Shown here piece by piece: positions 1 through 9,412 of a DNA stretch of 62,159 nt (position 1 is its first letter; each line of letters begins with the position of its first letter). Made by a program: the position numbers and the translations under genes. Origin of the DNA: Patescibacteria group bacterium (GTDB lineage: Bacteria; Patescibacteriota; Minisyncoccia; Sungbacterales; HO2-52-23); contig JBBTVI010000008.1 of assembly GCA_038063315.1 (NCBI GenBank), forward strand, positions 1-62,159, written 5' to 3'. The notes beneath the pieces are model-generated. The model made no database searches, was not told the origin of the DNA, and saw only the letters and a list, made by a program, of their open reading frames with translations.

Positions 1-87
1 TTGTTTCGTCGGTGCTGCTCCTCGCGATGACAATCGAAATGGATTGCCGCGCGCCACCTCGAGGGACTCGGTGTCGCTCGCAATGAC
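1..87. repeat. REP-1 modular palindromic intergenic element, copy 1 (cut by window edge)
   Basis: CTCCTCGCGATGAC - AATCGAAAT - GGATTGCCGCGCGCC...GTCGCTCGCAATGAC; same unit sequences recur at 13 other loci. Confidence 0.85.
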
Positions 88-105
88 ATCTGTCTGGGGC
101 TTCTT

Positions 106-468
106 CTATTCTTCTTTGCGTGACGCGCGCAAACAGTCCGTAAGGCGCGGGGTCTCGGTCCAGCCGCAGGCGCCGTCCGGTTGGCGCGCGCAAACCGCGT
201 CTTTATAACAGGCGTATTCGGGCCGGAATTCGCAGGTTGTGATAACCTCCTCATCGGCACAGATATTGCCGCTGCATCCGGTGACAACGCATCCTCCGGA
301 TGGTTGAGATGTCGCTGTGTTGCCTTTTTGTTCAGGCAGAGGGGGAGGGGCCGTGCTTCGTTTGAGGACGATGACGGCGGCGGCAACGCCGGCTAGAAGG
401 AAAACAAAACCGGCGATAATGCACACAATGCAGGACTTTTTTTGTGCGTGTATATCTATCCTACTCAT
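106..468 (-). CDS. small membrane-anchored Cys-rich protein, function unknown
   Basis: 120-aa ORF; TM helix CIVCIIAGFVFLLAGVAAAVIVL, Pro-rich linker, 8-Cys C-terminal module (GGCVVTGCSGNICAD..TCEF..ACYKDAVCARQPDGACGW). Confidence 0.6.
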   Translation of the reverse strand: MSRIDIHAQKKSCIVCIIAGFVFLLAGVAAAVIVLKRSTAPPPLPEQKGNTATSQPSGGCVVTGCSGNICADEEVITTCEFRPEYACYKDAVCARQPDGACGWTETPRLTDCLRASRKEE

Positions 469-483
469 AGAGATGTGCTCATT

Positions 484-498
484 GGAGGTTAAACCTCC
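484..498. repeat. GGAGGTTAAACCTCC palindrome (short motif family, see 3781-3821 and 48128-48146)
   Basis: perfect 15-nt palindrome 16 nt upstream of the 106..468 start codon. Confidence 0.6.
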
Positions 499-560
499 TC
501 AGATTCCGCCGTCGGCTTGTTTCTCGGGCGTCTCAAGAAAATTGGCTAAAGTTCGGTTGT

Positions 561-1097
561 TTATTGTATCTCGGTTCCGTCCCATGCGAACGGGACGAAA
601 AAGACGTCAACTGAGGCGTTCTGTTTTACATCGGTGAACCATGCGTCGAAATCCTTTTTTTGAGCGGTCAGTTCTTCTTCAAGGATCTCGCGCATGGCCT
701 GCGGAATGAGAATGAATTTCTCAAAGTCGCGGCGGTTGAGTCCGAACGTCATCTCCGCGGATTGTCCGAGCGTGGACGCTTCTCTCGTGGCGTCGCGGAC
801 CCGCGCCCGGCTTTTTGCGGCAAGATCCGGCACAATGGTCTTCCCTTCGGAGGCGATCAGGATATTTTCAATGAGAAATGTGAGGGTGTTTCTTTGAGCC
901 TCGGCCACGGCAGTACCGGCGCCTCCGGTAGATTGAGCGTCAATCGAGGCCATGCGCGTTGCGGCCGACTCAAGCCGCGTCCAGCGCGCATAGGTGATGA
1001 TCCGCCCGTTGACGCGCGCGACCGGATACCAGCCGGTGATGACCAGGACGGCAAGGCATCCGAGAAGCAGGGCAAAAAAGAGATATGATTTTTTCAT
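561..1097 (-). CDS. membrane-anchored SurA-N-terminal-domain-like protein (putative chaperone-like)
   Basis: ORF trimmed to MKKSYLFFALLLGCLAVLVI (signal anchor); helical body resembling SurA_N-type domains; ATGA overlap with upstream gene stop at 1094-1097. Confidence 0.5.
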   Translation of the reverse strand: MKKSYLFFALLLGCLAVLVITGWYPVARVNGRIITYARWTRLESAATRMASIDAQSTGGAGTAVAEAQRNTLTFLIENILIASEGKTIVPDLAAKSRARVRDATREASTLGQSAEMTFGLNRRDFEKFILIPQAMREILEEELTAQKKDFDAWFTDVKQNASVDVFFVPFAWDGTEIQ

Positions 1098-1477
1098 TGT
1101 TCGGTTTTCATCTCTTGGGATTGGAAGAACGCGCTGATAAGGCGTCGCCACCACGGCATTGCGCCTGTCGCGGCCTCTCCCGCAATCGGCGCGCTTGTGG
1201 CGCGTGGCTCCGCCACGATGACCACCTGTTCACCCGGTCGTTTCAGGCCGAGGTCGCTTTTTATTTTGCGCTCGATCGTCGCCGGATATTTCCATTCTCT
1301 CAGCCGTTCCGATAGTTCCGCTTTTTTCGCCTCAAGAGCGGCGATCTGCTCCCGGACGTTTTGCGTTTCTCGGCGGAGGTCGAATGCGCGCAGAGAGGTT
1401 TTCACCGCGCCGTAGCCGATAATTGCGGCGACGGCGATAACGAGGACATTAAGAAGCGCGGCTTTAAGGGGTTGCAT
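1094..1477 (-). CDS. FtsB/DivIC-family septum formation initiator-like protein
   Basis: N-terminal TM helix, coiled coil (QNVREQIAALEAKKAELSERL), IERKIKSDLGLKRPGEQVV motif typical of the family. Confidence 0.6.
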   Translation of the reverse strand: MQPLKAALLNVLVIAVAAIIGYGAVKTSLRAFDLRRETQNVREQIAALEAKKAELSERLREWKYPATIERKIKSDLGLKRPGEQVVIVAEPRATSAPIAGEAATGAMPWWRRLISAFFQSQEMKTEQ

Positions 1478-1490
1478 GATTCGGCAAAAA

Positions 1491-1530
1491 TTAGGTATTA
1501 TGGGATATGAAGTATGTATTATGGGGAATT
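1491..1530. repeat. AT-rich palindromic element (TATTATG/CATAAT family), copy a
   Basis: TTAGGTATTATGGGATATGAAGTATGTATTATGGGGAATT; lies 13 nt upstream of the minus-strand start at 1477. Confidence 0.6.
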
Positions 1531-1681
1531 TTAGAAACTGTTGAAAAAGTCATTGCGAGGAGCAGCAGCGACGAAGCAATCCATAACGCAGAAATTCTGG
1601 ATTGCTTCGCTTTCGGCTCGCAATGACGGTCGAAATGGATTGCCGCGCTCCCCCTCGCAGCTCGGGGTCGCTCGCAATGAC
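1531..1681. repeat. REP-1 element, copy 2 (with degenerate outer arm TTAGAAACTGTTGAAAAA)
   Basis: GTCATTGCGAGGAGCAGCAGCGACGAAGCAATCC ... GGATTGCTTCGC..CTCGCAATGAC ... GGATTGCCGCGCTCCCCCTCGCAGCTCGGGGTCGCTCGCAATGAC. Confidence 0.85.
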
Positions 1682-1834
1682 GACTGTGAGGGATTACTTC
1701 ATCTATGTTTCGTCACCAAAAAAAATTGCGCGCGGTCTGGATTGTTATCACGATCATCGGCGTCTTGGCGATGGTCGCGTTTACCGTTGCGCCCGCGCTA
1801 TACTGATTGTTGAGATCATCATACCGCCGCGCGG

Positions 1835-3637
1835 TCATTTCTTCAACATCTGAAAAAAAACCTCCTGCGGGATTTCCACGCGCCCGCGGGTTTTTAATTT
1901 TTTCTTTCCCTCCTTCTGTTTTTTCCAGAGTTTCATTTTGCGCGTCCTGTCGCCTCCGTAGAGATACCCGGTTACGTCTTTTTTGAGCGCGGGAATCGTC
2001 TCGCGCGCGACAATGCGGCCGCCTGTTTCGGCCTGGATGGAAACAGCGAAGAGTTCGCGCGGGAGAAGTTCTTTGAGGCGCCCGACCGCGTTCCGGCCAC
2101 GGCGCTCGGCCTCATCCTTCGGGACGATTTCTGAAAACGCGGACACTTCTTCTCCGGCAACGAGGATATTGAGGCGCGCGAGCTCGCCCGGCCTGTATCC
2201 GATGAGCTCATACGCGAGCGACGCATATCCCCTGGTCAGGCCCTTGATGCGGTCGTAGAAATCAACGATGATCTCGCCGAGGGGCGTTTCGCATTGCATC
2301 AATATGCGCGTTCCTCCGGCGAGTGTCGCGGTATCGGTCATGTATCCGCGGCGTTCATGCACCGCACCAGTCAGGGCGCCGATGAATTCCGGAGGCGTTA
2401 TGATATCGAGCCGGCACCACGGTTCCTCAATCGCCGTGATCACGTGCGCGGGCGGCATTTTATGCGCCGCAAAGACGGTCTGAGTCGGACCGGATCTGGT
2501 CGTGACGCGAAAGGCGACGGACGGACGGGAGAAGACGAGCTCAAGCGCGTATTCGCGGCGCAGGCGCTCGGCGACGATTTCCATATGCAGCATCCCGAGG
2601 AATCCGGCCCGGAATCCGCGACCGAGTGCTCCGGATTCTTCGGGTTCGAATGCGAGGGCGCTATCCTCAAGCCGCAGGCGCGTGAGCGCATCGCGCAAAT
2701 TTTCGTAAGAATCCTGGTCCGTGGGAAATATGGAGGCGAAGACCACCGGCTGCGGTTCTTTGTATCCGGCGAGGGGCACGATGTCTCCGGCTTCTTTTTC
2801 CCGTCTCTCGCCCGTCACGGTGTCGCCCACGCGCACTTTTTCCGGCTCTTTGACGCCGGTCGCGATATAGCCGATGTCGCCGGATTGGAGCATCGGGGAG
2901 GCGACGCGATGGGGCCGGAAGAATCCGACATCCATGGCTTCGCTCTTTGCGGCGGTTGCGATAAAACGCAGTTTGTCTCCTTTGCGGAGCGTTCCGTCCA
3001 CGATACGGACGTAGGCGATAACGCCCTGGTAGGCGTCGTAACTTGAGTCAAAAACGCGGGCCCGGAGCGGCGCATCGGGCAAAAGAGCCGTCTGGGAGAC
3101 CCGCCGGATAACTTCTGCGAGGAGCTCGGGAACTCCGGCGCCGGTCTTGCCCGAGCAGGCAAGAATATCGGACGGAGAGACGCCGACGAGGGCGGCGATC
3201 TCTTGTTTTGTCTCGGCAATGCGCGCCACGGGGAGATCTATTTTATTAACCACGGGAATGATCGTCAATTTTTCCGCGCGGGCAAGATGCAGGTTGGAGA
3301 CGGTCTGGGCCTGTACGCCTTGCGTCGCATCCACCAGGAGAATCGCGCCCTCAACGCAGGCCAGCGCCCTGGACACCTCGTATGAAAAATCAACGTGCCC
3401 GGGAGTGTCAATGAGATTGAGTTGGTAGTTTATCGTCCCCAATTTGTAGGACATGCGCACCGGCTGCATTTTGATCGTAATCCCCTTTTCCTGTTCGAGT
3501 TCCATCTGGTCGAGGAATTGCGCGTGCATTTTTCGTTTCTCGACCGTTCCGGTCAATTCCAAAAAACGGTCCGCAAGCGTGGACTTTCCATGATCAATAT
3601 GTGCGAGGATGCAGAAATTACGGATGTTGTTGAGCAT
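1835..3637 (-). CDS. lepA: translation elongation factor 4 (LepA)
   Basis: NIRNFCILAHIDHGKSTLADR, DTPGHVDF, NKIDL GTPase motifs; LepA C-terminal domain; start trimmed to MLNNIRNF. Confidence 0.95.
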   Translation of the reverse strand: MLNNIRNFCILAHIDHGKSTLADRFLELTGTVEKRKMHAQFLDQMELEQEKGITIKMQPVRMSYKLGTINYQLNLIDTPGHVDFSYEVSRALACVEGAILLVDATQGVQAQTVSNLHLARAEKLTIIPVVNKIDLPVARIAETKQEIAALVGVSPSDILACSGKTGAGVPELLAEVIRRVSQTALLPDAPLRARVFDSSYDAYQGVIAYVRIVDGTLRKGDKLRFIATAAKSEAMDVGFFRPHRVASPMLQSGDIGYIATGVKEPEKVRVGDTVTGERREKEAGDIVPLAGYKEPQPVVFASIFPTDQDSYENLRDALTRLRLEDSALAFEPEESGALGRGFRAGFLGMLHMEIVAERLRREYALELVFSRPSVAFRVTTRSGPTQTVFAAHKMPPAHVITAIEEPWCRLDIITPPEFIGALTGAVHERRGYMTDTATLAGGTRILMQCETPLGEIIVDFYDRIKGLTRGYASLAYELIGYRPGELARLNILVAGEEVSAFSEIVPKDEAERRGRNAVGRLKELLPRELFAVSIQAETGGRIVARETIPALKKDVTGYLYGGDRTRKMKLWKKQKEGKKKLKTRGRVEIPQEVFFQMLKK

Positions 3638-3652
3638 ATAGTTATAAATTTT

Positions 3653-3682
3653 CCCCCTTTGGAAAAGGGGGATCAAGGGGGA
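3653..3682 (-). promoter_or_regulatory. C5T3/A3G5 hairpin plus second GGGGGA tract immediately upstream of lepA
   Basis: CCCCCTTTGGAAAAGGGGG ATCAAGGGGGA; a near-identical arrangement precedes trxB at 35128-35159. Confidence 0.35.
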
Positions 3683-3691
3683 TTTTGGGAT

Positions 3692-3739
3692 GATTTGCCG
3701 CGCGCCCCCCTCGCGAGACTCGGGGTCGCTCGCAATGAC
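3692..3739. repeat. REP-1 element, copy 3 (single B-type unit, reverse orientation)
   Basis: GATTTGCCGCGCGCCCCCCTCGCGAGACTCGGGGTCGCTCGCAATGAC. Confidence 0.8.
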
Positions 3740-3780
3740 AGCCGTGGGAGGATCATCAATCGAGAAGACATTTACTCATT

Positions 3781-3821
3781 GGAGGTTTAACCTCGTAAGC
3801 GGCTTACGAGGTTAAACCTCC
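3781..3821. repeat. 41-nt perfect palindrome (20-nt arms) built on the GGAGGTTTAACCTC motif
   Basis: GGAGGTTTAACCTCGTAAGC-G-GCTTACGAGGTTAAACCTCC, between lepA start and ndk stop. Confidence 0.8.
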
Positions 3822-3874
3822 TCATGCGCGTTCGTCAGCGCGATTGAAGATACAGCAAGAAAATTTGCCAAAGT

Positions 3875-4465
3875 TCAAAACATAATATCCTCTTCCGCGC
3901 GTTTGTAGCCGTGGAGATCATCGGCTCCGAACCAAAAAGCGAGTTCGTGGGCGGCCTCCTCCGGGGTTTCTGAGGCGTGGATGAGATTGTGCACCGCGCG
4001 CTTTCCGGCATTGGCGAGCGCCGGGGAATCCACGGAGTAGTCGCCGCGAATCGTCCCCATTTCCGCCATGTTGGGAAGGGTGTGGCCGCAGAGTTTACGC
4101 ACCATGTCCACGGCATGAATTCCCTCAATGGCCATTTTGATAATCGGGCCGGAAACCATAAAATCCACGATCCAACCGCGCACCATTTTTCCGATTTGCT
4201 CCGGGTCGTCGGTGCCGAGAACTTCTTTGGCGTCAATGCTGTATTTTTCGTATGTGGCCATGGTTTTGCCGCCGAGGCGCCGGATCCATTCGGGATTTTT
4301 CGGGTAGTGCTCGTCAATGTGTTCGCGCGAGGCCAGAATCATTTTGAGGGCAATAATCTTAAGCCCGCGTTGTTCGATGCGCCGGATGATTTCGCCGACA
4401 AGACCGCGTTTGACGCCGTCGGGCTTGATGAGGACCAGTGTTTTTTCTTCGTTGGGGTGAGACAT
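3875..4465 (-). CDS. ndk: nucleoside diphosphate kinase (long form with internal insertion)
   Basis: TLVLIKPDGVKRGLVGEIIRRIEQRGL, active-site region NLIHASE; start trimmed to MSHPNEEK to avoid overlap with the upstream kinase gene. Confidence 0.88.
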   Translation of the reverse strand: MSHPNEEKTLVLIKPDGVKRGLVGEIIRRIEQRGLKIIALKMILASREHIDEHYPKNPEWIRRLGGKTMATYEKYSIDAKEVLGTDDPEQIGKMVRGWIVDFMVSGPIIKMAIEGIHAVDMVRKLCGHTLPNMAEMGTIRGDYSVDSPALANAGKRAVHNLIHASETPEEAAHELAFWFGADDLHGYKRAEEDIMF

Positions 4466-4475
4466 GGGATAGACG

Positions 4476-5402
4476 TTATGCGGAGGATCGAGGCAGGCGG
4501 ACGGAGAATGTGCTGCCGGATCCGGAGTCGGATACGAACCAAATGGATCCCTGCATATTCTCGACAAGGCACTTGACGATAAAAAGGCCCAGGCCAGTTC
4601 CTTCTATATCATCTTTTTCGCGCGCGCGCCAGAATTTTTCAAAAACGCGTTTTTGATCCGCTGGCTTGATGCCGATGCCCGTATCCTTGACGTGCACAAC
4701 GACATTTTTGGGTTCAACATCGGCCCAGATCGTAACAGTCCCGTTCAAGCGGTTATATTTGACGGCATTAGTGAGGAGATTGACGAGCGTTTCTTTAAGC
4801 CGCGGGGGGTCGGCCATCACAGGAGGGAGATTGGGCGTGAGCTGATTGTATATCTCCACTTTTTCGCTTGCCGCAAGATGCGCGACTTCCGCGACGGCCT
4901 CGTTCGCCGACGCCTGAAGCGCAACGGGTACAAACGCGTATTTGACGGCCGCGTGTTCAATGCGCGCCACCTCAAGGAGGTCTTCGACGAGTCCGAGCAG
5001 GCGCTCGCTGCTTTTTTGCGCGGTATTGAAAAGGGTGACGCCGGATTTCTGCTGAAACATTTTTTGCAATTCGTCCACGGCCCAACGGATGGCAGTGGCG
5101 GGCGCGCGGAGTTCGTGCGCCGCGACAAAGACGAATTGATCCTTCAGCCGGAGAATGGCCTGAGCGTGTTTTCGCTCACGGTCGCGCGCGACGAGATAGG
5201 AGACAATCGTCATCTCCGTCGTGAGGAGCAATAATATAAAGAGGCCGATTTCGCGCGCCATGGCGCCGGTCGCGACGCGGTATGTGATAAAAGCGATGGC
5301 TCCGACGGAGGCGCCGACGATGCCGAGAAGCATCGGAATATAGAGGCGGCCCGAGGCGCCTTTTTGCGTATCAGCGGCGGAAGGTGTTGAAATCTGTTCC
5401 AT
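4476..5402 (-). CDS. sensor histidine kinase (two TM helices, HisKA + HATPase_c)
   Basis: H-box AAHELRAPATAI, N-box NLLTNAVKYN, DTGIGI, GTGLGL. Confidence 0.85.
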   Translation of the reverse strand: MEQISTPSAADTQKGASGRLYIPMLLGIVGASVGAIAFITYRVATGAMAREIGLFILLLLTTEMTIVSYLVARDRERKHAQAILRLKDQFVFVAAHELRAPATAIRWAVDELQKMFQQKSGVTLFNTAQKSSERLLGLVEDLLEVARIEHAAVKYAFVPVALQASANEAVAEVAHLAASEKVEIYNQLTPNLPPVMADPPRLKETLVNLLTNAVKYNRLNGTVTIWADVEPKNVVVHVKDTGIGIKPADQKRVFEKFWRAREKDDIEGTGLGLFIVKCLVENMQGSIWFVSDSGSGSTFSVRLPRSSA

Positions 5403-5472
5403 AATACCCTGCTTCCATTAAAGCACACTTGCGATAAAAATTCAATCAACAATTTGGTAACTCATCGCAGCT

Positions 5473-5620
5473 GTCATTGCGAGGAGTCCTGCTGCAGGAC
5501 GACGAAGCAATCCAGCATTTCTGCCTTTACGGATTGTTTCGTCGCTGCTGCTCCTCGCGATGACGATCGAAATGGATTGCCGCGCGCCCCCTCGACAGAC
5601 TCGGGGTCGCTCGCAATGAC
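5473..5620. repeat. REP-1 element, copy 4 (three units)
   Basis: GTCATTGCGAGGAGTCCTGCTGCAGGACGACGAAGCAATCC ... CTCCTCGCGATGAC ... GGATTGCCGCGCGCCCCCTCGACAGACTCGGGGTCGCTCGCAATGAC. Confidence 0.9.
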
Positions 5621-5632
5621 ACCCGTGAGAGG

Positions 5633-7018
<1,386 letters not shown>

Positions 7019-7085
7019 AATGTGTGTGAATCGTAAAACGGAAATCGTCAATAGGCAAGTTTTCGCTCTGTAATGTTTTACATCC

Positions 7086-7185
7086 GTCATTGCGAGGAGT
7101 CCTGCTGCAGGACGACGAAGCAATCCAGCAGAAATACTGGATTGCCGCGCTCCCCCTCGATAGACTCGGGGTCGCTCGCAATGAC
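7086..7185. repeat. REP-1 element, copy 5 (unit A + reversed unit B)
   Basis: GTCATTGCGAGGAGTCCTGCTGCAGGACGACGAAGCAATCCAGCAGAAATACTGGATTGCCGCGCTCCCCCTCGATAGACTCGGGGTCGCTCGCAATGAC. Confidence 0.9.
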
Positions 7186-7237
7186 GGCTGTGAGCGTTTA
7201 CGTCTCTCTGTCTCGCTTTCTCTTTACTCTTGACTTT

Positions 7238-8878
7238 TTACTCGTTACTCTTAACTTCCACCTTCTTTCGTATCGGCAGTTCAATTGTAAACGTACTCCC
7301 CTTTCCCGGGCCCTTTGATTCGGCGCGCGCGGTTCCGTCGTGATCTTCCATGACGCGCCGGACAAAGTAAAGGCCGATACCCATGCCGCCCGGGTCAACG
7401 CGGCGGGCTGATTCGCTTCGCGCGAATTTCTCAAACGCCTGCGCCGTATCGTTCGCGCTCATGCCGATTCCGTTGTCTTGCACTGAGAGGCGGATGCGGC
7501 CCGCGCGCGCCTCAAGCATGACGGTGATTTCTCCTTCGGGAGTGTATTTTACGGCATTATCGAGAAGGTTCGTCACAACCTCACGCATCTTGTCTGCGTC
7601 AAAAACAGTCGAAGGGACGGCGCCCTGCTTATTGTAGCGGAGCGCAAGGTGCTTTTCCGCCGCGCGCGGGCCGAACGCATCAACGAGTTTTTGGACGATG
7701 CCGCCGAGATCTCCGGGCGTCATCTCGTACCGGATTTTTCCTGATTCAATGCGCGAGAGGTTGAGTAAACTATTGATCAGACCGACCATCTGCTCGGTAG
7801 AGGAGGCGACGCGCTCCATGGCCTCTTTGCCTTTTTTTGCCGCCGGCTTGATCGTCCCGTCGCGGAGCAATGAGATGTAGCCCTTGATGATGGTGAGCGG
7901 CGCCCGCAACTGGTGCGACGCAATGGAGATAAATTCGGATTTTGTGCGGTCAATCTGTTGCAGTGCGTGATTGGATTTGGCTAATTCCTGCGTCATCCGT
8001 TCAAGTTCGCGGCGCTGCGTTACTTCTTTTCTGACGCTGCGGATCAGCATATAGCCGAAGACGGATGTCAGGAAAAAAATAAACGAGTCAATTGTTGCTT
8101 GCGTCGGAGATATGAAGGAAAAAATCTTGGTGAAGAGAACAATGGCGAGCACGGAGACGAACATTTGGGTCGCGAAGATCTGAATACTGAAAAGATTATG
8201 CTTGACAATCGCATACGCGATAAACGTAATGAGAATGACGGGGAAGATGGGACCGAGAAAGACGAATGCGGATGTCCGGAGAATAACGACGAAGATGACC
8301 GTCGAGATCCCCATGAGGGAGAAAGAGGCAATGACGCCGGCAAGGAGATGGCGGAGTTTCATCTTCTCCTCGCCCTGGGCTCTGCGATGTTTGAGGATAA
8401 GGATGATAAAGCTGAGAATAAAAAGTCCGATGAAATCCAGGAAGAAAACCGGCATTCCGGGGCCGGGGACGGGGATGGGCTCGCCTTCCGGATAATGGAT
8501 TGATTGAAACACAAAAGGCATAAGCGATGCGGCCGCAGATGCGATCATGAGGAACAATAGGAGCGCGATAAAACGGCGGCGCATCGTTATGCGGTGTCCG
8601 GGAAACGTATGGACGAGAAGAACGAGAATAGGGCCGATGAATGACGTGACGAACATGACGGCGCGTATCCAGAAGAGTTGATCGTCAGGAGTTTGGCGTG
8701 GCGGGTGAAGCGACAGGAAATTGACGATAATGTAGAAGTCAATGGCAATAGCGAGCAATAAAAAGAGCCGGTGCGTCCAGCTTTTTGGATTGCGGATATG
8801 GATGATGGCGCCCAGCGCGGATGTCGCCGTCAGGGCCAGAACGCCGAGGAGGATTTCAATGGTGAGGAAGGGCGACAT
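7238..8878 (-). CDS. sensor histidine kinase HK-A (multi-TM N-terminal sensor, HisKA + HATPase_c)
   Basis: about 7 hydrophobic helices, H-box IASHQLRAPLT, NLLDNAVKYT, DNGIGM, GMGIGL. Confidence 0.85.
   Translation of the reverse strand: MSPFLTIEILLGVLALTATSALGAIIHIRNPKSWTHRLFLLLAIAIDFYIIVNFLSLHPPRQTPDDQLFWIRAVMFVTSFIGPILVLLVHTFPGHRITMRRRFIALLLFLMIASAAASLMPFVFQSIHYPEGEPIPVPGPGMPVFFLDFIGLFILSFIILILKHRRAQGEEKMKLRHLLAGVIASFSLMGISTVIFVVILRTSAFVFLGPIFPVILITFIAYAIVKHNLFSIQIFATQMFVSVLAIVLFTKIFSFISPTQATIDSFIFFLTSVFGYMLIRSVRKEVTQRRELERMTQELAKSNHALQQIDRTKSEFISIASHQLRAPLTIIKGYISLLRDGTIKPAAKKGKEAMERVASSTEQMVGLINSLLNLSRIESGKIRYEMTPGDLGGIVQKLVDAFGPRAAEKHLALRYNKQGAVPSTVFDADKMREVVTNLLDNAVKYTPEGEITVMLEARAGRIRLSVQDNGIGMSANDTAQAFEKFARSESARRVDPGGMGIGLYFVRRVMEDHDGTARAESKGPGKGSTFTIELPIRKKVEVKSNE
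8205..8867. repeat. 663-bp segment identical to 10914-11576 (encodes the membrane sensor module of HK-A)
   Basis: line-by-line comparison found no mismatch; flanks unrelated. Confidence 0.9.
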
Positions 8879-8968
8879 ACGAGGACGTTGAAAATTTTAC
8901 CCGGGCGCTTACGCCTTATGGCGTGTGCAACAGGACGAAAAAGCGTCGCAGCCGCTAGAGAGCGCGGG

Positions 8969-9370
8969 TTATATTGCGCCGTCAGGACGATATAAGAGCT
9001 GAATGATGCGCTCGACGATTTCATGAAGTTTAAGTTCGGATTTGACCAAATAATCCAGGACGCCAAGACGCCGCGCATGTTCTTCCGCCTCCGCTCTCGC
9101 GACAATGGTCAGCACGACAATTTTCAGTTCTTTGGTCGTCGGATCGTCGCGCAACCGTTTCAAGATTTCCAAACCGTCCATGCCGGGCATCAAGAGGTCC
9201 AAAACGATCAGGTCCGGCGTTTGTTCTTTTGCGAGCGTGAGCCCCTTTTCGCCGTCGTGAGCAAGGAGCACATCAATGCCCGCTTTTTCAAAGGCGGCTT
9301 TATACATTCCGATGAGTAGCGGGTTATCCTCGATCAGAAGAAGCAATTTCTTAAGCGGTTGTTCGGTCAT
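8969..9370 (-). CDS. single-domain response regulator (CheY-like receiver)
   Basis: LLLIEDNP, LIVLDLLMPGMDG, KIVVLT; start trimmed to MTEQPLKK. Confidence 0.85.
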   Translation of the reverse strand: MTEQPLKKLLLLIEDNPLLIGMYKAAFEKAGIDVLLAHDGEKGLTLAKEQTPDLIVLDLLMPGMDGLEILKRLRDDPTTKELKIVVLTIVARAEAEEHARRLGVLDYLVKSELKLHEIVERIIQLLYRPDGAI

Positions 9371-9412
9371 AGTCCATAATATAAACAACGCTCAGTCTTT
9401 CTATACCCTTAA

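Noticed and set aside
7019-7123. N-terminal ORF extensions that run into repeats (aspS to 7123, gap to 34118, rplM to 48572, ndk to 4567, frr to 40050, and 22729 for the DedA-like gene)
   Set aside because: The extra residues are translations of REP-1 or AT-rich palindromes (for example [24 protein letters not shown]) or overlap the neighbouring gene. Conserved family N-termini begin at the internal Met chosen.
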